Positions 1 to 9,243 of a DNA stretch of 64,000 nucleotides are shown piece after piece. A program made the position numbers and the translations under genes. Source of the stretch: an uncultured Trueperaceae bacterium (GTDB lineage Bacteria > Deinococcota > Deinococci > Deinococcales > Trueperaceae). The stretch spans positions 32,001 through 96,000 of the forward strand of contig CAWCXJ010000006.1 of the NCBI GenBank assembly GCA_963799485.1, read 5' to 3'. The notes beneath the pieces were generated by a model. It ran no database searches. It was not told the origin of the DNA and saw only the letters and a list, made by a program, of their open reading frames with translations. Positions within the stretch are counted from its first letter, which is position 1. Each line of letters starts with the position of its first letter.

Positions 1-255
1 TTTAGTAAAAAGTTTACGGCAGGCAGAGTATTCGCTTTTACGACGAAAGCTTCGGGCTATCATAGCAGCGCCGGTTATCAAGCCGGGGACGTGCTGCTTT
101 TCGGGCCGGAGTCGAGGGGATTGCCCGAAAGCGTGCGTCAAAGCTGCACTCAGGTAAGAATCCCGATGCTGCCGGAGGCGCGTTCGCTCAATCTGGCGGT
201 GAGCGTCGGGATTGGGGTGTACGAGGCGTGGCGGCAGCTGGGACACGCAGCGTAA
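1..255 (+). CDS. trmL: tRNA (cytidine/uridine34-2'-O)-methyltransferase TrmL (SPOUT family), 3' part, cut by window edge
   Basis: Own translation of frame 1: ...DVLLFGPESRGLPE...VRIPMLPEARSLNLAVSVGIGVYEAWRQL; SPOUT motifs FGPExRGL and RSLNL; TAA at 253-255. Confidence 0.9.
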   Translation, partial: FSKKFTAGRVFAFTTKASGYHSSAGYQAGDVLLFGPESRGLPESVRQSCTQVRIPMLPEARSLNLAVSVGIGVYEAWRQLGHAA

Positions 256-720
256 TTTCAGGAACCTGTTGCTTTTTCTTGGTCTTATTGTCGTCTTTCG
301 GCAACTATGGACAGGTTTCTACTTTAACTCGAATAACTCGAGGTTAAAGTGTAAACCGATATACCCTGTTCCGCTGATTGTCCGCTAGCTCTTCGGTAAA
401 GCCGCGCTTGGTTAGCTGCGCGCGGTGCGTTCGCTGTAATCTCAGGTACGGCTGAGGTGCGCTGCTGCCTTCTCGACGCTAAAGCTTGGCTGTTTGAACA
501 AGAAAGTAGGCTTGGAGCCTTGATATCTTTATAACTGCTTGCGGCACGACCCTTTTGGCGAAAGGATTTCACGAGCCGTCGTTACTGTTTCTCGATTTAT
601 CGGTGCGGACACCCGTCAGAAAAAACCTGAGCCAGCCCTCCCGGTCATCGTTACTGCGGGTCGCCGTAAGTCTGTTGCGCCAGCCCTTGCGCTCCAGCCT
701 GCAGCTGTTTATAACAGGCT

Positions 721-1410
721 ATGACCCGGACTAAGACTCGCGGAACTTGTGCGCTCTGCGGTTATGAAAGCACCAAGGCTGGTATTACCCGGCATCTGAA
801 AACGTGCCCCGGTACGCATGACGGCAAGGCGGGGAAGGCTACCAAACTCTGGCAACTCCGCATTCAAGACGCCTACAGCCCCCTGTACTGGCTCGACCTC
901 GAGGTCAAAACGGGCGCGACGTTAGCCGCTGTGGACGCGTACTTGCGTGAGGTGTGGCTCGAGTGTTGCGGACACCTGAGCGCGTTTGATATCAACGGTG
1001 AGCGCTACGGGGGTTCACACGGTGGCGTTCCCGGTGGTTTCGACCTCGGCGAAAAGAGCCTGAACGTAAAGCTAAGTGGCGTGCTTTCTCCCGACCTCGA
1101 GTTCACACACGAATACGATTTCGGTAGCACCACCGAGCTGACCCTCAAAGTCACCGGGGAGCGCGAAGGGCGCGTCGGGCCGGCCCCGCTCCGACGCTTG
1201 GCGCGTAACGACGCCCCGACCTGGCCCTGCCGCGTTTGCGGCGAACCGGCGACGCAGCTGCACACCGAGATGTACGACGAGGAGAACCCGTTTTACTGCG
1301 ACCTTCACCGCGACCTTCACGCCGCGCAGCAGGGCGACGAATGGGCGTTTTTGCCGGTGGTCAACTCGCCGCGCATGGGGGTGTGCGGCTATACCGGACC
1401 GGCGGCGTAA
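721..1410 (+). CDS. pRiA4b ORF-3-like / IS1096 passenger TnpR-family protein with Cys/His clusters
   Basis: WLECCGHLSAF and HEYDFGSTTEL motifs; CxxC pairs near both ends; C-terminal PVVNSPRMGVCGY; TATAAC 5 nt before ATG. Confidence 0.6.
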   Translation: MTRTKTRGTCALCGYESTKAGITRHLKTCPGTHDGKAGKATKLWQLRIQDAYSPLYWLDLEVKTGATLAAVDAYLREVWLECCGHLSAFDINGERYGGSHGGVPGGFDLGEKSLNVKLSGVLSPDLEFTHEYDFGSTTELTLKVTGEREGRVGPAPLRRLARNDAPTWPCRVCGEPATQLHTEMYDEENPFYCDLHRDLHAAQQGDEWAFLPVVNSPRMGVCGYTGPAA

Positions 1411-1434
1411 AGCGCACAAAAAAGTGGACAAAAG

Positions 1435-2766
1435 TTAATCGGTTGTCTCGGGCGGCGCTTCAACTCTATTTTCCAACGCCTCCGGTTCCGGCGACACGAG
1501 CAGTTTATCGACGCGCGAGCCGTCCATATCGACGACTTCAAAACGCCACCCTTCCGCCTCGAAGCTTTCCGAGGCCGACGGAATACGGTCCATATACGAG
1601 GTCACGAACCCGCCGAGCGTGCGAAAATCGCCTTCGTCCTCACGGGGTAACGCCTTGAGGTGCAAGAGGTCTTTGAGGTCTTCGACTTCCAAAAGCCCGT
1701 CTAGCAAGTAAGAGCCGTCCTCACGCTGTGAGACGTACTCGGAGTCTAGTTCGTCGGGCTCGGGCAGGTCGCCGACCAAACCCTCGAGCACGTCATTTAG
1801 CGTTACTAGTCCTTCGGTGTGTCCGTATTCGTTGACGACGACCGCAACGTGCGTCCCGCTCTCGCGGTACTGCTCTAAAAGCTTCAAAACAGGTAGCGTC
1901 TCTGGTACGAAGAGCGGCTTTTTACTCATGGCGGCAAGGTCGAGCCGTTCGTCGTCCATACAACCTTTAAGCAGGCTGCGGGTATGCACCATGCCGACAA
2001 TTTCGTCTAAGTTGTCGCGGCAGACCAGAATGCGCGAATAGCTGTAGGCGTCCAAATGTGCTTTCAAGGTAGCAGGGTCGCTGTCGACCTCCAACCAGCC
2101 GATGTCGCGCCGGGGCGTCATGATCGACGACACATACTGGTCGCCGAGCCAGAATAAATTTTCGACGATGGCCTGTTCGCTCGCCTCGAAGACGCCCGCG
2201 TCGGCCCCTTGTTGCAAGAGCGAGTTGATCTCTTCTTCGCTCACCGGCGGGTCGCTGCTCTGCCGCGCCCCGATAAGCCGCAGTAATCCTTCAGTCGAAA
2301 CCGACAGCAGCTTGACGAGGGGTGTGGCAATCCGTGATACCCGGCTCATCAGACCGGCGATCGACATCGCAATCCCTTCGGGATTGTTCAGCGCGACGCG
2401 TTTGGGAACGAGTTCACCAACCACGAGCGAGATGTAGGTGATGGCGACAATCAGCACGCCGAAACTGACCGGATAGCTGACTGCGCTGCTCAGACCGAGG
2501 CGGTTAAGCGACTGACTGAGCGGCTCCGCCAACGACGCGGCCCCGAACGCCCCCGAACCGACGCCGACAAGCGTGATGCCGACCTGTACGGTCGATAAAA
2601 AACGGTTAGGGTCTTGGGCCAACGTCAGGGCGTTGGCGGCGCGGCGGTTGCCCTCTTCCGCCAGTTTTTGCAGTTTGGGTTTGCGCGATGAGACGACCGC
2701 CATCTCGCTCATGGCAAAAAGTCCGTTGATTAAAATCAGCAAGAGTATAACCAGAACGTTAAGCAC
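1435..2766 (-). CDS. Hemolysin-family / HlyC-CorC transporter-associated protein (CNNM-CBS-CBS-CorC)
   Basis: NGLFAMSEMAVVS, FLSTVQVGIT, GELVPK, IMTPR, NEYGHTEGLVTLND, C-terminal TLGG...FEVVDMDGSRVDK. Confidence 0.9.
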   Translation of the reverse strand: MLNVLVILLLILINGLFAMSEMAVVSSRKPKLQKLAEEGNRRAANALTLAQDPNRFLSTVQVGITLVGVGSGAFGAASLAEPLSQSLNRLGLSSAVSYPVSFGVLIVAITYISLVVGELVPKRVALNNPEGIAMSIAGLMSRVSRIATPLVKLLSVSTEGLLRLIGARQSSDPPVSEEEINSLLQQGADAGVFEASEQAIVENLFWLGDQYVSSIMTPRRDIGWLEVDSDPATLKAHLDAYSYSRILVCRDNLDEIVGMVHTRSLLKGCMDDERLDLAAMSKKPLFVPETLPVLKLLEQYRESGTHVAVVVNEYGHTEGLVTLNDVLEGLVGDLPEPDELDSEYVSQREDGSYLLDGLLEVEDLKDLLHLKALPREDEGDFRTLGGFVTSYMDRIPSASESFEAEGWRFEVVDMDGSRVDKLLVSPEPEALENRVEAPPETTD

Positions 2767-2834
2767 GCACGTCCTCGAGCGGGGTTGGGTCTAAGTAGGG
2801 ATTCAAAAAGTAGGGGAAACTGGGGGGTTCTGCT

Positions 2835-3785
2835 TCAAGGGTATCGTTCATCTCTGCGTAGTGTAGCACCCCCCGGGGTCGCTGAACTGTACGCAGACGT
2901 CTTAAGGTAGTGGGCCCACAAACCCTGCTCGGAACCGTAACGCTCGGCGAGTTCACGGGCGCGGCCCGAACTGACCTCGAATCCGCCCGTATAGACCTTT
3001 GAAATTGCATTTAGCATCCCGGTATCTGTCCACGGTACGTGTTCGGTGCGGCCCAAGCCCCGGAGCATGATAAAGTCCACCGACCACGCGCCCAGGCCCT
3101 TGATACTTCCCAGCCACTTGGCAACGTCGCCGTAAGGGGCGCTCCGCAAAAACGGTTCATCTGCGGTGGCAAAGGCGCGAATCACGTGCAAGAGGCGCTC
3201 GGTTTTACGGGTATTGTTGGTCGCCGCTAAAACCCGCGCCTGCGGGTTTTCCACCATCGCCTGCGCCTCGGGAAACGCGGTGTAGGTCTTACCTTTATGC
3301 TCGAGAATGCCCCCAAAAAACCCAGCCAGCTTCGCCATCGTCTTGTGCGCAAACCCGTTGGGCGTGCGCTGCTGAACGAGCGCCCAACACGCCGCCTCGA
3401 ACGGCGTCAGGACTTTGAGCATGTGGTAGCCGTGCCAGGTTTTTATAACCCCTTCAAATATCGGGTCGGCGCGAGCGTAGAGCGGGTTTACGTCATCATC
3501 CAGCCCCAGATAAAAACGCACGCGCTCAGCAGTCGCTTTAACCAGTTCATCGCTCAGCCCTTCGGCGCAGAGGGTTAGCTCGAGCCCTCCCACCTCCGCC
3601 GCCCGAACCTCGAACAGCACCGGAGCGCCGTAAATACTGACGATACGCCGGAGCGTCTCCCCCCGAATTTGCCTGTGTGCCGGAACTCGCTCGTAGTCGC
3701 GGGCGTAAAACGCGCGGATAAAGGCGAGCGTCCGTTCAAACGAAAAAGGCGGAGTCGCGGTTAGGGTCAAGCGGTGCTGCTCCAT
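2835..3785 (-). CDS. alkA: DNA-3-methyladenine glycosylase II (AlkA-like, HhH-GPD)
   Basis: PFEAACWALVQQ, HhH IKGLGAWSVD, LRGLGR..VPWTD; start could be 3797. Confidence 0.75.
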   Translation of the reverse strand: MEQHRLTLTATPPFSFERTLAFIRAFYARDYERVPAHRQIRGETLRRIVSIYGAPVLFEVRAAEVGGLELTLCAEGLSDELVKATAERVRFYLGLDDDVNPLYARADPIFEGVIKTWHGYHMLKVLTPFEAACWALVQQRTPNGFAHKTMAKLAGFFGGILEHKGKTYTAFPEAQAMVENPQARVLAATNNTRKTERLLHVIRAFATADEPFLRSAPYGDVAKWLGSIKGLGAWSVDFIMLRGLGRTEHVPWTDTGMLNAISKVYTGGFEVSSGRARELAERYGSEQGLWAHYLKTSAYSSATPGGATLRRDERYP

Positions 3786-3908
3786 CTTTACAGTCAAGCC
3801 TGTAGCGCGCGCCGTAAAAAGCTCCTGTCTTACGCTCGAGGTCGAACCGGGAACGCTTCAGAGTACACCGATTTTCGTCTCGGCCCCTACCCAAACCCCC
3901 TACGCGTG

Positions 3909-3917
3909 TGCTACACT
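3909..3917 (+). promoter_or_regulatory. Candidate extended -10 promoter (TGcTACACT) of the amine/GABA operon
   Basis: TGnTACACT in the divergent alkA/GNAT intergenic region. Confidence 0.35.
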
Positions 3918-4168
3918 CACCCAAGACGGTTAAAAGGGAGCGTGAAAGTTTCAAGACAACCCTAAAGTGTGAGTAGACCAAATGGAGCCGTTTGGGTTTC
4001 GGGAGGCGAAAACTCTCGCGTAAAGGTTGTGGAGAAGCAAAAGCCACAAAAGGACTGAGCATCAAGCACTTGCTTTTGGTCTTTTCGTCCGCCCTTGTTT
4101 TCCACAATACAGTACGAACTCATGCCAGCGAACACGTTGATTAGGGCATTGTCCAGAAACGTATCGTT

Positions 4169-4918
4169 ATGAAAGGCGCAGAAAGTTCTATAGAAGTTGC
4201 AACAGGTTTAGAGGTACAGGGCTCAGCCCGTACTGAAGCCGAATACCGGGTCAAGCAAGTCGGACCCGAACACGGTCGAAGTATTCACGAAGTCGTATGT
4301 TACGCCAACAAGTTTCCGGTCGGCACCAAAGGCTGCATCAACCAGGACAATATCACCGAGATGGTGCGGCGTTTTCCCGCAGGGCAATTCGTGGTCGTGA
4401 CCGACACGCCGGAAGGTGAAAAGGTCATCGGGTTGGCGCTCGCCATGCGAACGGACTACGCCCCGTCGGCGAGACCTCTGGGGTGGCTCGAGATGATCGG
4501 CGACTTGAACCTCGCCAAACACGACCCCGAAGGCGAGTGGCTTTACGGCGTCGAAAAAGCGGTACACCCCGAGTATCAGGGGCGCGGCGTCGCGTCGGCA
4601 CTCTACAAGGCGCAGTTTGCCCTTGCGGAGCGTTTGGGGCTGAAGGGGATGTACGCGGGCGGGATGCTCAAGGGTTATGAAAGCTACCGCGAACGCCTGT
4701 CGGTACGCGAATATGCGGGCAAGGTCATGCGCGGCGAGGTCTTCGACCCGACTGTCAGCGTGCAGATGCGGCGCGGCTTCGAGCCGCGCACCGTGATTGA
4801 AAACTACGCTTGGGACAGTCAAGCCGACCATACCGGGATGCTGATCGTCTGGGAGCGACCTGAAACGGTGCGCCCGGGACCGGCCCACGGCCTAGAACTC
4901 ACCCGCTTGCAGCGGTAA
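4169..4918 (+). CDS. GNAT family N-acetyltransferase
   Basis: Acetyl-CoA motif VHPEYQGRGVASALY; FPAGQFV, HDPEGEWLYGVE and FDPTVSVQ typical of the GNAT subtype also found fused to C-N hydrolases. Confidence 0.8.
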   Translation: MKGAESSIEVATGLEVQGSARTEAEYRVKQVGPEHGRSIHEVVCYANKFPVGTKGCINQDNITEMVRRFPAGQFVVVTDTPEGEKVIGLALAMRTDYAPSARPLGWLEMIGDLNLAKHDPEGEWLYGVEKAVHPEYQGRGVASALYKAQFALAERLGLKGMYAGGMLKGYESYRERLSVREYAGKVMRGEVFDPTVSVQMRRGFEPRTVIENYAWDSQADHTGMLIVWERPETVRPGPAHGLELTRLQR

Positions 4919-4930
4919 CCCGGGAGCGCA

Positions 4931-6232
4931 ATGAAGGTTTTAATTCTCGGCGCAGGGATGGCAGGGCTGGCGGCGGCGCGGGCGCTTCAGGACGCCGGTC
5001 AACAGGTCGGCGTTCTAGAAGCGAAACACCGTCTGGGCGGACGTGTCCACACGAATTATGACTTTGCCGGTGTTCCGGTCGAGTTCGGCGCGGAGTTCGT
5101 CCACGGCGAGTGCGCCGCGACGTGGGAACTGGTACGCGAGCTGGGACTAGAGACGGTTCACTGGAACAAGCTGGACGACTCGCTGGTGAGGTTGGAGGAC
5201 GGCGCGTGGCTGAGCATGAGAGAGGCGTGCGCCACCTATCCCGACTTTGCCCAGACCCGTTCGTGGAACCTGCCCGAGGTTGACGCGCTGCCCAATGAGG
5301 ACTGGGGCAGCTACCTGCGGCGTATCGGTTTCGACCATCGGCAGCTCCGCTACGTCGAGCGCTCGTTTGCCAACGCGTGCGGCGAAGCGATGCGGTTTTT
5401 AAGTGCCAAGGCAGTTTTGGAGGGGCTCCGCGCCGAAGACGAGGGTGGGGGAGATTACCGTGTTCTGGGCGGCTACGACGCGCTCGTCAAGGCGTTGGCA
5501 GCGGGGCTGACGATTTACGGCGACGACCCTGTAACCGAACTCGTGTGGAAAGACGGCGTGCGCGTCTTGACCCTCGGCGGTGAAGTTTATGAAGCAGACG
5601 CCGCCGTCATCACCGTGCCGCTCGGCGTGTTGCAAGCCGACGCCATCCGTTTTACGCCTGAGCTACCCGAAACGAAACGCTCGGCATTTTTAGGTCTGCG
5701 GATGGGGCCGGTCATCAAGCTCGTCTACAGCTTTGACGAAGCGCCTGTTTCGCCCGATATCATGGCAGTTTACAGCCGCCTCAACCCGCCGATGTGGTGG
5801 TCGCCGTCTTACGGGTATGACACGAACCCACACGTCTGGACGGCGTTTGCGACCGGAGATTGGGCGGCTGAACTGCTGGCGCTCGGTGAAGAGGGGGCGC
5901 TTGAAGCGGGGCTCGAGTCCTTCAAAGAAGAGTTGGGCAAACCCGGTTTAGTAGCAAAAGCGGCGCGGCTCATCAACTGGCCCGACGATCCCTACACGCG
6001 CGGCGGCTACTCGTATGTGCTGCCGGGGCAGGACGGCGCACGGGAAAAACTGGCTGCGCCGACCCCGCCCCTTTACTGGGCCGGTGAAGCGGCGGCACCT
6101 GAACCCCGCGCTGCAACGGTTCACGGGGCGCTCCTGAGCGGAAGGCGGGCGGCGCTCAAGGTTCTCGCTCACACTGCTACGCCCCAAGCTAGTGCGCGTA
6201 ACGAATTACTCGAGGTTCCCAACTATGACTAA
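4931..6232 (+). CDS. Flavin-dependent amine oxidase (MAO/PAO family)
   Basis: GAGMAGLAAA, EAKHRLGGRVHT, GAEFVHG, TVPLGVL, WPDDPYTRGGYS, AGEA...TVHGALLSG. Confidence 0.88.
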   Translation: MKVLILGAGMAGLAAARALQDAGQQVGVLEAKHRLGGRVHTNYDFAGVPVEFGAEFVHGECAATWELVRELGLETVHWNKLDDSLVRLEDGAWLSMREACATYPDFAQTRSWNLPEVDALPNEDWGSYLRRIGFDHRQLRYVERSFANACGEAMRFLSAKAVLEGLRAEDEGGGDYRVLGGYDALVKALAAGLTIYGDDPVTELVWKDGVRVLTLGGEVYEADAAVITVPLGVLQADAIRFTPELPETKRSAFLGLRMGPVIKLVYSFDEAPVSPDIMAVYSRLNPPMWWSPSYGYDTNPHVWTAFATGDWAAELLALGEEGALEAGLESFKEELGKPGLVAKAARLINWPDDPYTRGGYSYVLPGQDGAREKLAAPTPPLYWAGEAAAPEPRAATVHGALLSGRRAALKVLAHTATPQASARNELLEVPNYD

Positions 6233-7508
6233 CACAGCACGTTTGCAACACCTTTCCCCCGTCTGGTCGCATCTAACGACCTTCGAGCCGGTTCGGGGCG
6301 AAGGTATCTATCTTTACGACGCGGCAGGCCACCGGCTGACCGATTTTACGTCGGGTATCGGCGTGACGAACGCAGGGCACGCGCATCCTAAAGTTGTCAA
6401 AGCCATTCAAACCCAGGCCGAGGCGCTGATCTTTGCCCAGATGAACTGCGTCGTGCCGCCCGCCGCCGTAAAACTTTCTGAACTGCTAGGCCGCATCACG
6501 CCGGAAAAGATTGACGCGTTTTTCTTCTCAAATAGCGGTGCGGAAGCCGTCGAGGGCGCGGTCAAGCTGGCGCGGCACGCCACCGGGCGAGATAACCTCA
6601 TCGTCTTTCAAGGTGGTTTTCATGGGCGCACCGCGCAGGCGATGGCGATGACGACGGCGAAAACGGGCTATCGGCATGGGTATCAGCCGCTCCCGGCAGG
6701 GGTTTTCGTCGCACCGTTTCCGTACGCGTATCAGTACGGTTGGGACGAGGTAGAGACGGTGGATTTTTGTCTGAAGCAGTTGGAACTTCTCTTCAAGACC
6801 CAAACCGCTCCGGACGAAACGGCTGCGTTGTGTCTCGAGCCCGTCCTCGGTGAGGGCGGCTACGTTCCGGCTCCGGCAGCGTTTTTACGGGCCTTGAGAG
6901 AGATTTGCGACCAACACGGTATCTTGCTCGTTTTAGACGAAGTGCAGACCGGCTTTGGGCGTACCGGCAAGCTGTTCGCGTTTGAACACGCGGGCGTGAC
7001 GCCGGATATTCTGGTGATGGCGAAGGGTTTAGGCGGTGGGTTGCCGATTAGCGCGGTGGGCGCGAGTCGCGCGCTGATGGAACGCTGGGAGACCGGCACG
7101 CACGGCGGCACCTACGGCGGCGGCAGCGCGGTGGTGCTGGCGGGCGCAAAAGCAAATGTCGAGGTCATCTTGGACGAACGTCTTTCTGAGAATGCAGCGC
7201 AAAGGGGCGAGCAATTAAGTGCCGGATTACGAGAATTGCAGGGGCGGTATCCGGTTATCGGTGAGGTGCGCGGGCCGGGGCTCATGGTCGCTACCGAGTT
7301 TACGGACGCCGACGGAAAGCCCGACAAGAAGACGTGTGAACGGGTACAGAAGGCATGTTTGGACGTGGGGCTGATGCTCCTGACCTGCGGCCCGTTTGAA
7401 AACGTCATCCGCTGGATTCCGCCGTTGGTCGTGACCAAAGCGCAGCTTGACGAAGCGTTGGGGGTTTTTACGGGGGCGTTGGCGCAAACTGCGACAGTTT
7501 CAGCTTAG
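6225..7508 (+). CDS. Class III PLP aminotransferase (omega-amine/GABA-type)
   Basis: DFTSGIGVTNAGH, NSGAEAVE, FHGRT, EPVLGEGG, DEVQTGFGRTG, MAKG; ATG 6225 overlaps the amine oxidase stop. Confidence 0.88.
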   Translation: MTNTARLQHLSPVWSHLTTFEPVRGEGIYLYDAAGHRLTDFTSGIGVTNAGHAHPKVVKAIQTQAEALIFAQMNCVVPPAAVKLSELLGRITPEKIDAFFFSNSGAEAVEGAVKLARHATGRDNLIVFQGGFHGRTAQAMAMTTAKTGYRHGYQPLPAGVFVAPFPYAYQYGWDEVETVDFCLKQLELLFKTQTAPDETAALCLEPVLGEGGYVPAPAAFLRALREICDQHGILLVLDEVQTGFGRTGKLFAFEHAGVTPDILVMAKGLGGGLPISAVGASRALMERWETGTHGGTYGGGSAVVLAGAKANVEVILDERLSENAAQRGEQLSAGLRELQGRYPVIGEVRGPGLMVATEFTDADGKPDKKTCERVQKACLDVGLMLLTCGPFENVIRWIPPLVVTKAQLDEALGVFTGALAQTATVSA

Positions 7509-7516
7509 GAGCGTGT

Positions 7517-7885
7517 ATGGTCATCGAAAAGGTCAATTTAGCAGACAAGTTTGCGTCGTTTTCCGAACACTGGAGTCCGAAAGTTATCGGTGAGGTCAAC
7601 GATGCGGCGGTCAAGCTGGCGAAGCTTTCCGGTGCGTTCGAGTGGCACTATCATGAGCGTGAAGACGAGCTGTTCTTGGTCGTTAAAGGTCAACTGGTTA
7701 TCAAATTGCGTGACCAGGATGACATTACGCTAAACGAAGGCGAGTGTGTGGTTATTCCCAGAGGCGTCGAGCATCTTCCCGTTGCCGAAAAAGAAGCGCA
7801 CGTCCTCTTTTTTGAACCCAAAACGACGCTCAACACGGGCAATGTTCAGAGTGAACGTACTGTGCGTGAACTGGAAAGGCTCTGA
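7517..7885 (+). CDS. Cupin domain protein
   Basis: WHYHEREDELF and IPRGVEH cupin motifs. Confidence 0.85.
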   Translation: MVIEKVNLADKFASFSEHWSPKVIGEVNDAAVKLAKLSGAFEWHYHEREDELFLVVKGQLVIKLRDQDDITLNEGECVVIPRGVEHLPVAEKEAHVLFFEPKTTLNTGNVQSERTVRELERL

Positions 7886-9243
7886 TGACCGTTATCCATC
7901 TCAAAACAGAAATCCCCGGCCCGAAATCTTTAGCACTCGTTGCCCGCCGCGAAACCTCGACGCCGAGGGGTGCAGCCAAGCTGACGCCGCTCGCGTTTAC
8001 CCACGCGCAAGGTGCTGCTATTACCGACGCCGACGGCAACACGCTGCTCGATTTTGCCGGTGGCATCGGAATGCTCGCCGTTGGGCACAATCACCCCAAA
8101 GTTGTCGAAGCCATTAAAGCCCAAGCCGACGCACTTATTCACCCCTGCGCCATCGTCGGCAGTTATGAGCCTTACGTTGCGCTCGCTGAAAAACTGACTC
8201 AAATTGTGCCCATTTCCGGGCCGAAAAAGGCGATTTTGCTCAACAGCGGGGCGGAAGCTGTGGAAACTGCCGTAAAAATCGCTCGAGCCCACACCGGACG
8301 CGCGGGCATCGTCGTCTTCGAGGGCGCGTATCACGGACGTACCAACCTGACGCTCGCCATGACGAGCAAATACGGGCTGTTCAAACTCGGCTTTGGGCCG
8401 TTTGCGCCGGAAGTGTACCGGTTGCCGTTTCCGAACGTTTACCGCCGCCCACAAGGGCTGAGTGAAGATGATTTTCTGACCTACGCCGTCGGTGAGTTGG
8501 AGCACGCCATGACCGCGCAGATTGACCCCTCGGCGATTGCGGCGTTCGTGCTCGAGCCCGTGCAGGGTGAAGGCGGCTTCGTCCCGATTTCCGGGCGGTT
8601 TTACCGGCGTATCCGCGAGTTATGCGACGCCCACGGTATCGTCTTGGTCGCCGACGAGATTCAGTGCGGGATGGGGCGCACCGGCAAGCTGTTCGCCTCG
8701 GAGCACTACGGCGTCGAGCCCGACCTCATGACGGCCGCAAAATCGCTGGCGGCAGGGATGCCGATTTCAGCGGTTGTCGGCAGAGCTGAGATGATGGACG
8801 CGCCGCATCCGGGCGGACTAGGCGGCACCTACAGCGGCAACCCGCTCGCGTGTGCAGCGGCCCTGGCAGCCGTAGACATTATTTCCGACCCGGATTTTTT
8901 GGCCCACGCAACTGAACTTGGAAAAAAGCTCGAGGCTCACCTGAGAGCCTTTCAGCGTGAGTTTCCGGCGATTGCCGACGTGCGCGGTCTGGGGCCGATG
9001 CTGGCGCTCGAGTTCGCCCAAAACGGTGTTCCCGACCCGGACACGACCGCTAAAGTTATCGGCGAGGCGCTCAAACGTGGCCTGATTGTTTTACGGGCCG
9101 GGTTATACAGCAACTGTTTGCGCTTTTTGCCGCCGCTCAACCTGACGGACGACGAGCTAAGCGAAGGCGTGAACGTGCTGCACGAGGCGCTTTCGGCGGT
9201 GTTTACAAATGTCTTGACAAAAGAGGCGGTCGCTAGTGACTGA
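7885..9243 (+). CDS. gabT: 4-aminobutyrate--2-oxoglutarate transaminase
   Basis: DFAGGIG, YHGRT..MTSK..K.GFGPF, EPVQGEGGF, DEIQCGMGRTG, GGLGGTYSGNP. Confidence 0.85.
   Translation: MTVIHLKTEIPGPKSLALVARRETSTPRGAAKLTPLAFTHAQGAAITDADGNTLLDFAGGIGMLAVGHNHPKVVEAIKAQADALIHPCAIVGSYEPYVALAEKLTQIVPISGPKKAILLNSGAEAVETAVKIARAHTGRAGIVVFEGAYHGRTNLTLAMTSKYGLFKLGFGPFAPEVYRLPFPNVYRRPQGLSEDDFLTYAVGELEHAMTAQIDPSAIAAFVLEPVQGEGGFVPISGRFYRRIRELCDAHGIVLVADEIQCGMGRTGKLFASEHYGVEPDLMTAAKSLAAGMPISAVVGRAEMMDAPHPGGLGGTYSGNPLACAAALAAVDIISDPDFLAHATELGKKLEAHLRAFQREFPAIADVRGLGPMLALEFAQNGVPDPDTTAKVIGEALKRGLIVLRAGLYSNCLRFLPPLNLTDDELSEGVNVLHEALSAVFTNVLTKEAVASD

Noticed and set aside
256..720. Short ORFs 324-572 and 539-724, or an ncRNA, in the trmL-downstream gap
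   Set aside because: No recognisable motif, RBS or RNA family signature; cannot be supported
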